64,000 nucleotides of DNA. Origin: Camelus dromedarius. Lineage: Eukaryota. Made by a program: the position numbers and the translations under genes. The notes below the pieces were generated by a model that was given only the letters and a program-made list of their open reading frames with translations, was not told where the DNA came from and searched no databases. Below are positions 1-11,290 of the stretch, piece by piece. The stretch is from assembly GCF_036321535.1 (NCBI RefSeq), contig NC_087436.1, forward strand, positions 7,130,001 through 7,194,000, given 5' to 3'. The stretch's first letter is position 1. Each line of letters begins with the position of its first letter.

Positions 1-340
1 CAACTCCTTTCTTTCAACAATTGGTAAAGCAATTAGGCTGAAATTCAGTGAAGATGTAAAAGAACTGAACACTCTCAGCCAACAAAATCGAATCAACACT
101 TACAGAGCAGTCCACATAACAACAATGAATACACAACAATGAATACCATGCAACATACACCAAAGTAGACCGTATCTTTAGTCAGAAAGCAAACTTCACT
201 GTCTTAACAGACAAAACCAAAAGTCACATGGTTTAATCAGTTAATGCAGAAAAAACATTTGACAAAAGTCCACACCCTTTCATGATAAAAACTCTCAGAA
301 AAATAGGAATGCACATGAATGTCCTCACCTTGATAAAAAG
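1..340 (+). mobile_element. Old L1 ORF2 fragments (endonuclease-region piece joined to RT-region piece)
   Basis: Degenerate L1 motifs such as 'aatgcagaaaaaacatttgacaaaagtccacaccctttcatgataaaaactctc' (DAEKAFDKIQHPFMIKTL-like). Confidence 0.8.
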
Positions 341-1204
341 CAGGAAATGCGTATGTTTTCAGAGCTGAGTCAAACTTTCAATAAGAAAACTATGATTTCA
401 AAATGTGGACGGACCTACCCATCATTGGTCACAGAGCTGGGACCTATACCACTCTTCTATTAACCGTTTCTCATTGACATTAAGAGCACTAGATTACCCT
501 GGTAACTGCTCCTTTCTATTAGAGATAAGAGAAAACTGCGAGGCTGTAACCTGGGAGGGAAGGCTTAGAGCAGAGGGTAAAAGCTAATCCAAATTTGGAA
601 CAGAAAACAGGGGAAGAGACTAAAGATGCTTCCATGATCAACAAGAGCATTGAAGTCCCAAAATACAGCCAGCTTCAGAACCAGTAAATTGGACCTAACA
701 AAATGCATCTGAAACTGTAGCAATATTGAATGAGGCTCTAAGCCTGTTACTGTCAAGCTGTCTGAGGGGGTGACCTGGGCCAGCAAGACCATGGCCAGCC
801 TTTGAGCCTTGCCTCAACACAGCTCTGGGGTGGTCCAGGCCAGACCACAGTGTAAATGCCAAATCCCAAGTTCCCAGAGCAGTCCTTTCAGTTTGGGAAA
901 AGCGGACCACTGGCCAACCATATGTCTGTCAACTGGTAAATTCAGTCGAAAAGCTCACCCTGGGTATTTGTGGACACAGCTCCTATGTGCCTTCTCTTCG
1001 GAGACGCAGACTTTTGCTTGCAGGAGACTCTGAGCATTGCTATGATTTTCTAGTCTAAGTAAATAACCTAGAAGTGGTCAGCATTATGATGTGTATTGCA
1101 CCCTATAGAAATCTTTCTAAGCCGTAAATATACTAAAAGCAGGCAATATCCTGATGTCCCAAAGCAATGTGTCTGTGTAGACTCCATGAGAGTGGACATG
1201 AATG

Positions 1205-1420
1205 GTAATACCTTTGATACACTGAGCCCTTCCTGTGTGCCAGGCATGGCATAAGCATGTCACGTTTAGGGACAGGTCGATCTGTCACAATCCTGTAAGA
1301 CAGATAATATTAAGACGCCGAGGCACAAGGAGGTGAGCATCTTCGCCCACGTTGCAGTTAGAAAGCTGTGGAGCTGGAATGTGAACCCAGCCAGGCCAGC
1401 TCCAGAGGCTGGGCCTCACT
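1205..1420 (-). mobile_element. MIR SINE remnant
   Basis: 'actgagcccttcctgtgtgccaggca...gaggcacaaggaggtgag...gagctggaatgtgaacccagcc' resembles the antisense MIR core. Confidence 0.6.
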
Positions 1421-1661
1421 CGTGGCTCTGTGAATGATCAAATAGTCAGCGATTGAGTTGCTATGTCCAAGAAGGTTATGCAAATGGTTTTCCTTGAAAC
1501 TGCCTTGGCACCCACGATTTCTGGGCACTGGGGAAGGCTTTTTAGTTCAGACGCAGTTTGGAAGTTATTTTTTCCTCGTGAAAAGCAGATGGCTGTAAAA
1601 CCCCTTCTAACCCTGTCTTACCTGATGTGAGTCACGCAGGCTGAAGCAAGAAGCAACGGCA

Positions 1662-1782
1662 GGAGGGGCTATTTCCATAGTAGAACACGTGCTTAGCATG
1701 CACGAGGTCCTGGGTTCAATCCCCAGTACCTCCGTTAAAAATATATTTTTAACAAAATTAAATTAAAAAAAAAAAAGAAAGA
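1662..1782 (+). mobile_element. tRNA-Ala-derived SINE (Vic-1 type, camelid)
   Basis: Head 'gtgcttagcatgcacgaggtcctgggttcaatccccagtacctcc', A tail, TSD aagaagcaacggcag (1648) / aagaagcaatgccag (1783). Confidence 0.92.
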
Positions 1783-1986
1783 AAGAAGCAATGCCAGCGC
1801 AGAAAGTTATAGAAACACGAGGGCCAAGATTTGGGGCTGCATATTATTCCTTGTCCGCTCCCCCATTGACCTCCCTCTGGCTTTAGAGAAGTTTGTTTTT
1901 CTCTGCAAAGAATCTCCTATCTCTTGCGCTTTGGGGATTGTTTTTACTTAACTGCTGAGTTTCCCAGTCTTTCCTGTTGCGATCAG

Positions 1987-2119
1987 TTTGTTTTTCTTTT
2001 TTGGGGGGGTGGTAATTAGCTTTATTTATTTACTTTTCTTAAATGTAGGTCCTGGGGATTGGGCCCAGGACCTCATGCATGCTAGGCAGGCACTCTACCA
2101 CTGAGCTCTACCCTCCCCC
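1987..2119 (-). mobile_element. Vic-1-type SINE (long form)
   Basis: Antisense tRNA head with 'ggtaattag' linker and T tail. Confidence 0.9.
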
Positions 2120-2677
2120 TAGTCTCGCAGTCAGTGGAAGTAGATTTTGAGCAGTTTATTCTGAGAGGCTAAATCTCACCATATAACACACTGGCTGGGA
2201 GAGGGGCTGAGCCGCAGAGGACCAGAGGGTGCGTGAGCAGGACCCCACCAAGGACTGTGCATTTAGCATCTGAGGGGACCCTGAGGAGTCACAAGGAGGG
2301 AGAGACTTGAGGCACACTGAGGGAGAGACACATTTCAGAAGTCTCTCGATTTGATTTAAAGTAGAGTCTCTTTCACTATTACTTGCTGTATGCAAACAAT
2401 ATTGGAATTCCTTTAAAAATCATTTCACTTCCTGATTGGAATGTCTATGAATTCAACTCTGAGCAGAAACCTGCTGCAACAAGGATCCCCTTGTTTTATT
2501 ATGGTTTCACGTGATTACCTAGAGATATATCACTCCCAGCGGCAGACAGGTGTTGCAGGAATTTTACAGAATGCTTTGAAGGGAAAAAACACTTTAAAAA
2601 ATAATTTAGATACAGAATAAATACTTTGTATTTGAAGTCCCAACCTGATGCAACTGTAAGCTAAAGTATAGAAACGT

Positions 2678-3262
2678 TTTATTTTATTTTATTTTTTATT
2701 GAAATATAGTTGATTTACAATGTTGTGTTCATTTCTGGTGTACAGCAAAGTGATTCAGTTAGACATATACATGTATAGTCTTTTTCACTGTAGGTTATTA
2801 CAAGTTATTGAATATAGTTCCCTGTGCTATACAGTAGGACCTTGTTGTTTGTATATTTTATATATAATAGTGTGTATCTGTTAATCCCAAACTCTCAATT
2901 TATCCCTCCACTCCCTTTCCCCCTTTGGTAACCATAGGTTTGTTTTCTATGTCTGTGAGTCTCTTTCTGTTTTGTAAATAAGTTCATTTGTGCTATTGTT
3001 TTAGATTCCATATGTAAGTGATATCATATGGTATTTGTCTTTCTCTGTCTGACTTACTTCACTTAGTATGACAATCTCTAGGTCCATCCATGTTGCTGCA
3101 AATGGCATGATTTCATTCTTTTTATGGCTGAGTAGTGTTCCACTGTATGTATATATACATATATATACACACACATATATATAATATGTGTGTGTGTGTG
3201 TGTGTGTGTATACATACTATATTTTCTTCATCCAATCACCTGTCTATGGACATTTAGGTTGC
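2678..3262 (-). mobile_element. L1 3' end (3'UTR and ORF2 C-terminus), 5'-truncated, with internal TA/TG microsatellite
   Basis: T-rich tail, 'attgaaatatagttgatttacaatgttgtg', 'ggtccatccatgttgctgcaaatggc'. Confidence 0.92.
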
Positions 3263-4376
3263 TTAAATTAAAAAGAAAGAGAAGAAATCAAAAACAAGAA
3301 AAAGAAGATATTCAATCAAAAAAGAATAAAACACATTTAACTGTGTCACAGTCTGACCAGTTCCCAGGAAGAGCTGGAATGTCAGAATCTCAGGGTTTAT
3401 TTTTTATTGTTCATCCTATGTGGTCGAGTTAATTACAACAGCACATAATTCTCATTTTGTAATACAAGTTTAGATATTTTTGTTATCTTTTCAGTGATTT
3501 ATATGATCTCATTTAAAAAACCCTTTTTGTTGTTTCCAGTGGGCAAGCCGCAATAAAATTCTCACTCAAAACAGGAGAATCAGGGGGGTAGCTCCCGCTT
3601 CATGCCTGCTCCTTAATTCAGCATACAGTTGTCCGAGTATACTGCCTGGTACGATCATGTAACAAAGGAAAGGTGAGAAACCAAGACTATCATTATAATA
3701 GAAATAACATATATTATCAGTATAAAAAATGTGTTCGCTGTGATTTTGCAGATCCCTTTATTCACGTAATAAATTTTTTTCCTATGTCTCTGGGTCATCT
3801 TTTCCAAATAAGAGAAAAATTTAAATCAAACTAAGAATGCATATCTACTCTTGGATGAAGAGTAAAAACCCTATCTAGATTTTTGACTTCAAGAATAAAA
3901 TTTTTAACTTCAAGGACTAGTTTGTGAAAATCAACTTTAAAAGCCTTTAAAGACCATGAAATGGAAAGTCTTATTAGTCCCTTTTTAGTTCATTCAGTCA
4001 AGAGAGTTTTGAAAAATCAGAAGTTCGGTTCAGTAGCTGTTACCATCCTGTGACTCACTGCAAATGAGAGCGCTGTGCCTAAACCTCATGTTAGCACTGT
4101 TGTTATTTAATCCTTTGGACAACTGAATTACTCCTTTTCTTTTAAATTTCCCCAGGATTTACAGATCTGACTATGGACTCAGATTTCTGTGATGTGGTTT
4201 TACAATCCTCGAGTATTTGGTCATTTTAGTAAGAAAATCGTCCTTTCATGATTTAGCCCTCGGCATGGGAAAAGATCCTTCTCCTCTGACTCTAGTATTA
4301 CCTGCAACTCCACAGACAACCGATTCACATTGTAGCCTGAGGACAAGGGGAAGGGTCTGGCTTTAAGAGGCCATGG

Positions 4377-4443
4377 CGACACAACACTGTAAACTGACTG
4401 TACTTCAATTTAAAAAATGCAAAAAAAAAAAAAAAAAAAAAAA
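4377..4443 (+). mobile_element. Extremely 5'-truncated L1 (terminal ~35 nt plus poly-A)
   Basis: 'gacacaacactgtaaactgactgtacttcaat' matches the L1 end near 36990-37020; TSD aagaggccatgg / aagaggcaatgg. Confidence 0.85.
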
Positions 4444-4569
4444 AAGAGGCAATGGTAACTTTGCCTTCAGAGACCATTACATGCTCCATGTAGAAGGCGC
4501 CACTCGGGTCCAGCCTGGATAGAGTGGACTTGATCATTTTGTTTGGCCATATCCACATCTCCTTCTTCT

Positions 4570-5190
4570 ATTAATTGCAGCTTTCTTTGGGTTAGGGAGA
4601 CTAGCTTTCTGCATTATGTGACCTGGACCGTATTCTCACCCTGGGTTTCAAGGAGAGCACATGACTCAGCCTGGCCAGTCAGAGCACAGGTCCCATGAGG
4701 GACGGGAACTGGGTCATGGATGTGCTCATGGCCTCAGTTGAGCCCAGGAGAGTTCTCTCTGGAAATTTTGCTCGAACTTTCAGGAATGAGGCAGTGTCTT
4801 CTGCCAGGGTTGCCAAGCTGCTCGATTGGCACCCTGGCCCTTCTGGTAGCCATTTGTGGGCAAATGCTTAGAAGCATCAGCCTTTGCCTGAGATAAAACA
4901 GAAGACCGCAAATCAAAGAGATGGAACAAGCGGGAAATTCCTGCAGATGAGACAGTGTGCTAGCTTCCCTCCGTGCCTCAGCCTGTCCACACACCTGCAC
5001 TGTCAGTTTTGTGAGTCAATAGGGAGTTATTATTATTTTTAATTAATTTATTTTTAGTTTTTAATGGAGGTACTGGGGATTGAACCCAGTACCTTGTGCA
5101 TGCTAAGGATGCACTCCCCCTGTTACTACTTTAATTTAAGCCAGTTTAAACTGAGTTACAACTCTGGTGACCGAAAGAGTTCCTACGAAC
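4570..5190 (+). mobile_element. Old MaLR LTR (MLT1J/K-like), interrupted by a SINE
   Basis: 'gcacatgactcagcctggccagtcagagca', 3' end 'ttaagccagtttaaactgagtt...gaccgaaagagttcct'. Confidence 0.6.
5030..5120 (-). mobile_element. Vic-1-type SINE with internal deletion of the A-box region
   Basis: 'atggaggtactggggattgaacccagtaccttgtgcatgctaag'. Confidence 0.88.
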
Positions 5191-5457
5191 ACTGCTAGTT
5201 TTCATGTGGACTGGAACAATGGACCATGACAAGGAAGGAATTATTGTCATGAGATCTTGTGGTCCTAGAGGAGAGTGACTGAGGGAAATCAGAGTAAAGG
5301 ACAGAATTTCAAATGAGAGATTAAGATTGTGCAGGTTGCCTGGCAGACAGAGAAACTTGGTTTTTATCAATGGGCCTGTATTGTAATGTGTGAAACAAGA
5401 CATTGTTTTAAGAAATAGTGTGGGCTGGTCCACGTGTTCAAAATGAATGAAAGCCAT

Positions 5458-5898
5458 GTGTGTTAGGCTGTAACAACCCTCCCCACCCCCCCAGTGATAT
5501 ATCTGCTTCCAAATTCTTAGGACCTGCGACCGTTACTTTATATGGCCAAAGGGACTTTACAGAGGTGATGGAGTTAAGGATCTTGAAATGAGGAAATTAT
5601 ACTGATCATGTGGGTGAGCTCTAAATGTAATCTCAAGGGGACACAGAGGGGCACAAGGAGTCCAAGGAGGGAAAAGATGATGTGAAGACAGAAGCAGGAT
5701 TTGGAGTGATGTGGCTCTGAGCTAGTGATTTCTAAGAAGCTGGAAAAGACAAGGAAAAATTCTCCCCAGGACCCTTCAGAAGGAACTAGTCCCGTCAGTT
5801 CAGACTTCCGATCTCAGAACCCTCAGAGAATAAACCTGCGTTGTTGAAGCGGCTACATTTGCGGTAATTTGTTACCACAGCGCGAGAGAACTGATACA
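5458..5898 (+). mobile_element. MaLR solo LTR (MLT1C/D-like)
   Basis: 'gttactttatatggccaaagggactttacagaggtgatggagttaaggatcttgaaatg', end 'ggtaatttgttaccacagc...aactgataca'. Confidence 0.85.
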
Positions 5899-6727
5899 TG
5901 TGTTATGTCAAACGGATCTTTTTGAAACAGACCACATATTGGAAAAGATTTCGCCACTTGAATTACTAGCAGCTACTAGGGGAAAACAATCTCCAAATAT
6001 ACCTGGGCCTGATTCTCTGAGCTAATTAAAACAATGCTTCTAGTTAGGGGTAAAGATGGCGACATCCCACTGGCTGGATGACATTAGAAGATCAGGTTCG
6101 GATCGTATCACGCTGCTTGTGACTTGAACGGCTAGTTACGCAAGAGAAGGTGTCTCAGGAAGCCTTTCAAGGACGGTGGGATGATTCTCTAGCCAACTCG
6201 AAACTTGGAAAGACTCCGGAGAAGTTAAGCTTTCCCTCAGGAGACAGTGTGTCCATCAGGAAACTATTTCCTGTCCGTTGAAATATCTTTTTATAGCTTG
6301 GGAAAGACTCAGGAAAATCCACTCGTGCGCCACGGAGAAAGGTTTATCTTGCTGACTTACTCTGGTGTTTTGAGCTGCTCTTGGATGTGAGTGGCTGTTG
6401 GACTCTGGGGAAAGTGGACCTAAGGACGGTCAGAGTTCTGCCTGGAGGCGTGTGGCCTGTCCCCGGCCTCGGGGGAGGCTCCCGGACTGCAGCAGAGTGA
6501 CAGACGCCGCAGGCCTGTCCCCACAAGGGCGGCCGTACTTCTGGGGAACCCTTGTGCCGTGGCAGGCAGATCCCACCCAAAGCCTTCCTCCAAAGAGGGC
6601 AGAGTGTGCTCCCCTCCCCAGCTTTCACTCATATACCCTGTCCTCTTTTGGTTCAGGGCCTTCTTGTTTAAAAGAACACATGCTAAGCAGAGACAGCTGG
6701 GGACACAGAGAGGCCCACCGTGGGCCC

Positions 6728-7350
6728 CTCCTCAGCCTCCTTTGCTGACTCCCGCTTCTTCCTCACCTTTGAACATTGGAGCACCCACAGGCTCAGTCTT
6801 TGGACTCTCCTTTGTTTTCCACACATCTTCTCCTACTGCGTACACGTCTGGGGTTTAAAAGACCTGTACGCTGGCTGAGAACTCCCAAGGTTACCTTCCC
6901 AGCCCGGGAGTCTTTCTGGATCTCTAAACTCACAGATCCAGCTGTCTGTTCTAGATCTCCACTTGATTTCTAGTGGGAATCTTTATTATTACATATGCAA
7001 CACCAAACTCCTCAGTTTCCTCCCCAAATCTCTCCCCCTGCCACAGTGGTCCTTACATTAGTCATGCATCATGGGTCACCAGTGAATCCCACAGCTCCCC
7101 ACACTTGGAATAGACTCTCTTCCTTCTCTCACAACTCACGTACAAGCCATCACCACATCTGGTACACTCTATCCTCTCTGTCCCCCCGCCACCTTCTGGT
7201 CCAAGCCATCAGCTCTTTCCTGCCAGAACCCCCTTGGTTTTATTCTTACGTCCCCTACTCTGTTATCTACACAAATGCCAGGCTGAGCTTCCTGAGATGT
7301 AACCCGATCATGTAATGATCTGCTCAGAACCCTGTGATGTCTTACCCCGT
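6728..7350 (+). mobile_element. L2 LINE RT-region fragment
   Basis: Degenerate GVPQGSVLGP/YADD-type coding remnants and L2 'ctggtccaagccatcagctct'. Confidence 0.8.
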
Positions 7351-7357
7351 AGCTTAT

Positions 7358-7422
7358 TGTGATGGTTAATTTGATCCACCCATCTGTTTGACTGGGTCAC
7401 GGGATGCCCAGACATTCGGTCA
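7358..7422 (+). mobile_element. 5' start of an MLT2 (ERVL) LTR
   Basis: 'tgtgatggttaattt...ttgactgggtcacgggatgcccagacattcggtcaaa'. Confidence 0.75.
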
Positions 7423-7680
7423 AAGAGCATCCCACACAGCATTGCTTCTGAACCAGGAACTCACTTCCCAGCAGATGAAGAGCGGCAGTGGGTCTGTGCT
7501 TGTGGAGGCCACTGGTCTTGCAACTCTCCTACCACCCCAAAGCAGCCGGCTCAGTAGAATGCTGGAGTGGCCTTTTGAAGACTCAGGTACAGTGCCAGCT
7601 GGGTGGCAGGACCTGCGTGGCTGGGGCGAGATTCTGAATCAGCACCCACTCTACAGTGGTGTCTCTCCCACAGCCTGCAG
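7423..7680 (+). mobile_element. ERVL internal integrase remnant (frameshifted)
   Basis: Decodes to IPHSIASEPGTHF..QW..., ..GLLKTQVQCQLGG.., ..LNQHPLY..VSP, which match HERVL/MERVL integrase core motifs. Confidence 0.85.
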
Positions 7681-7714
7681 GGTGTCTTTTAGTGTTAATT
7701 ACCATGCTCTGTGA

Positions 7715-8250
7715 CTCTGGTCAGTGGAAATTTCATTTTCTGTGTCAATTTAAAATTGCCATAGGGTACCCAAACGTTTAGTCAAACACTCTGGGTGTGT
7801 CTGTGCAGGTGTTTCTGGATGAGGTTAACATTTGAATCAGTAGATGGATGAAAGCAGGCTGCCCTCCCTAATATGGGTGGGCCGCATCTAATCAGATGAA
7901 GGTCTGACTAGCACACAAAGGCTGGCCCTTTCATAAGGAGGGGAAATTCCTCCTGCCTGACTGATTCCAAGCTGGAACATTGATTTTTCTTTTTCCTGCC
8001 TTCAGACTCGATCTGAACCATCAGCTCTTCCTGGATCTCAAGACTTTGGCCTTTGGACTGGAATATCAGGCCTTCAGATTTGGATGGAGACCACACCACT
8101 GCCTCTCCTGGGTGTCCATTTTGTCAGTCCCAAAATCACATGAGCCTCTTCCTTAAAATCTTTCTCTGTGTGTGTGTGTCAATGTACAGACGTCTGTATA
8201 TATATAATCTCCTCCTGGTTCTGTTTCTCTGGAGAACCACACCGAGTACA
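7715..8250 (+). mobile_element. MLT2 (ERVL) 3' LTR
   Basis: 'ctgggtgtgtctgtgcaggtgtttctggatgaggttaacatttgaatcagtaga', end 'ggttctgtttctctggagaacc...taca'. Confidence 0.88.
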
Positions 8251-8259
8251 CTTATCATG

Positions 8260-8640
8260 AAATGAAATTCCATCCTGTGGGCTGAGAGGCTCCCAGGACT
8301 GGGCTTCTGCATACCTCCTTACTCTGCTCCCACCACATCAGCCCTCTTATTTCTTCCCATTTCGGGGCCTCTGGACCTGCTTTTCCCTCACGTCTCTGAA
8401 GTGCTCTGTTTTTTATTTTCCTATTGTCTTGATGGAACCGTCCCCTCTGCAGAGACATCTCTTTCCCACCCTACCCACAACAGCACCCCGTGGCATCCTG
8501 TCTCCTCCCTTCCTTTCCTTTTTCTCAGCACTTACCCCTCCCTTCCATGATATTTTAAAACAATATTTGTTGATTTCATGCTAGTCTGTAATTCCCAGTG
8601 AGGACAAACTTCGTCTCCTTGTTTTCCGTGATCAGAGTGA
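8260..8640 (+). mobile_element. L2 continuation (3' part) after the ERVL insertion
   Basis: Pyrimidine-rich L2-like 3' sequence resuming after the MLT2 LTR. Confidence 0.55.
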
Positions 8641-9276
8641 CCCCTTTCAGGGCAGCTCTGAGCTATTTCCTGACTCCTGCTTTCTTAGCAACAGATGTGG
8701 CTGTGAAAGTTCCAGAAGGAGTAAATCACTTTTACTTATTGCCCATCACTTTTACAGTAAATCTCATTCAAGCATATTAGAGACAATCATGGCCCCCTAG
8801 CAACTCATTTTTAAAAAGCAGATTAAACCCTGGTAGAAGCTGTATAATTTCCTAGTGCTTACCACCCCCACCCCACCTCCCTTTTTTTCATTTACTATAT
8901 TCATGTTTTGAACAACTTCCCTAATATGCCATTTAATTGATTACCTGAAAGCAAATGCCTTGTAATTACCAGGCCAACTGCCAAAGAAACCTGTAAGACA
9001 GGTTACCACCCGTAGAACACACCTGTGCTCAGGGGAGACTTCCTAGTGTTCTCCTCGTGACGATGTATGCATGTATGTTTACTTTCAACCTTGGATGATC
9101 CACTTCATATAAACCACAGGCTCGCCGTCTGTGTCCTCGGATCTGTCTGCTACTCAAATGCCACGTGACCTTGGCAGGTACTAAACATCTCTGTGATTCA
9201 ATATCCTCATCTCTAAAAATGCAATATTTTGAGTGCAATATTGAGAATATCTCTCTCACAAGGATGTGAGGATGAG

Positions 9277-9536
9277 GAGGAGGGTACAGCTCCAGTGGCA
9301 GAGCACGTGCTTAGCATGCACAAGGTCCTGGGTTCGATCCCCCGCACCTCCATTGAAAAACCAAATAAATCATACTTACAAGTGCTATTTTTTTCTTTAT
9401 TTTTTGGTTTAAGACAAAGTAATGGTGAAAGCTCCTCAAAAAGAATAGGGATGTTTTTAATAAACTCTATTTTCATAGCAGCAACAAAAAAGAAAAAACA
9501 AACAAATAAATAAATAAACCTAATTACCTCTCCACT

Positions 9537-9572
<36 letters not shown>
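9277..9572 (+). mobile_element. Vic-1-type SINE (long form) carrying a ~130 bp internal insertion; lies within a MIR
   Basis: Head at 9277, 'aaacctaattacctc' linker, long poly-A, TSD aaggatgtgaggatga / aaggatgtaaggatga. Confidence 0.92.
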
Positions 9573-9679
9573 AAGGATGTAAGGATGACTGCTGGCCATC
9601 ACGTGCAGGGAAAATTGAGGAACTTTAGAGCAGTGCGGAAACATTCATTATTACTAGCGTGTGTCTGGGACACACTGTA

Positions 9680-9809
9680 TTTTTTTTTAAGATAAAGCTA
9701 ACTTCATTTATTTATTGATTTATTTATTTAATGGAGGGACTGCAGATTGAACCCAGGACCTTGTGCATGCTAAGCACACACTCTACCACTGAGCTCTACC
9801 CTCAACCCC
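9680..9809 (-). mobile_element. Vic-1-type SINE
   Basis: Antisense tRNA head; TSD cactgtatttt on both sides. Confidence 0.92.
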
Positions 9810-10609
9810 ACTGTATTTTCTTAATGATGTATGAATGCAGTCATATCGGTTTTGTTCCCCTTGGGGACACAAAGGTGATGGCTGTGCTGATTTAAGGCGA
9901 GATTAACCAGAGAGAGACCCTGGGTTTTTACTAAAGGCCTTTTATCCTCTGTCTGTTTCCACTGCTGGTCAATCCCACAGTGCTATTTTAAATTACCCAG
10001 AGCAAAACCTGAAGTGAGCGCAAATACTTATTTTGCAGAAGACTTGGAAATGATCTAGGTAACAAAGAAAGGGCAAAATGAGATTTTTGTATGTCTTATG
10101 TACATAACATATATTCAGATAGATGTGCATGTATACACACTCATACCTGTTTGCATATTACTCAATTTTTATCTCAACTTTCATAGATTTAAAATACATA
10201 TACATTAACTCTATCTATCTGTCTACCTATCTATCATCTTAAATCATGGGTAATTTAACAAAGACAGTCACTGAAAAAACAAAATAGAAAAAAAGAACAG
10301 GAAGTTAAGCTGACCAAAATGGGCAGTTCCTGCTCCTTTGGTGCTGGAATTTCAGTTTCCCTTCAGGGGCGAAGGAAGTGGACTTTGTCCTTGTCTGCAG
10401 CTTGTTTTCACTGACGGCAGAGGTCCCAGACTCCCCTCTGCTTTTCCTCCACCCTCACAGTTGGTTTTATGGCTCCTTCCATTGACTCGCTGTGGTTTTG
10501 TAAGCTTGCTGTTGTCTGTCACTCAGACAGAGAGTGTAAGCCAGTATTTGTTAAAAATCTGTTTAAGTTTTTTTGACAGTTGTCCATCCCTTCCCCCTGA
10601 ACTTCCTTA

Positions 10610-10628
10610 AACACACACACACACACAC
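10610..10628. repeat. (AC)n microsatellite
   Basis: Directly visible. Confidence 0.9.
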
Positions 10629-11039
10629 TTACTTTCCAAAACTCCCCCAAATTTGTTTGAAAGCAGCTGGGACCCCCCCATCACTAAGTCATAGACCCTG
10701 TGATCTGCTCTAAATTTTGCCTGAAAGTCACAGCAGTTTCCAGCATCACTGAAACGAAGACAAGGGCTCAGGTGGGCGAGCACGGGACAGAGAGACACAG
10801 ACCATGCGAAGACCTACGGGATCTACACAGCCTTGGCCCAGACGGCTTCAGGAGGCCAAACAGGACTGTCCCGGGAGCAATGGTCAGTGCACCACCTTTG
10901 GACACAGACACGGTGAAATAGTGACATCGGTTCTGTCCCCGGTCTTCAAGTTGACCTGAAAAATGATGGACTCCTTTATAAAAAGATGGACATTTTGAAC
11001 TGACCAGTAATTAGGGTTTGAACTACTTCTTCCCAAGCA

Positions 11040-11290
11040 AGCTTGACCACGCTCATGGGTGAGGTAGGCTGCCGGGTGAGCAGAGGCGGGCGGCCGGCGT
11101 GCCCGGGAAGCCAGCCCGCGGCCGCATCTGCCCGCTCGCCTGGGCAGCTGCGCGTAGCGCGTCCAGTGGGAACAGCCCAGCCCCACCCTGCGACTCGAGT
11201 CTGGCACTCAGGCAGGCTTGGCAGCTGCCATTCTCGGTGGCGTGGGGAACCCAGGGTACAGAATTGGGTATTTACCGGTGTGTCAGCACT
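11040..11290. promoter_or_regulatory. Small CpG-rich block, possible promoter or first-exon region
   Basis: Dense CpG (ggcgggcggccggcg, cccgcggccgc, gcgcgtagcgcg) in a CpG-poor background; TATAAAAAG at 10977. Confidence 0.5.

Noticed and set aside
6200..6420. Cluster of NF-kB-like GGAAA motifs (ggaaagactc twice)
   Set aside because: None matches GGGRNWYYCC well; compatible with chance
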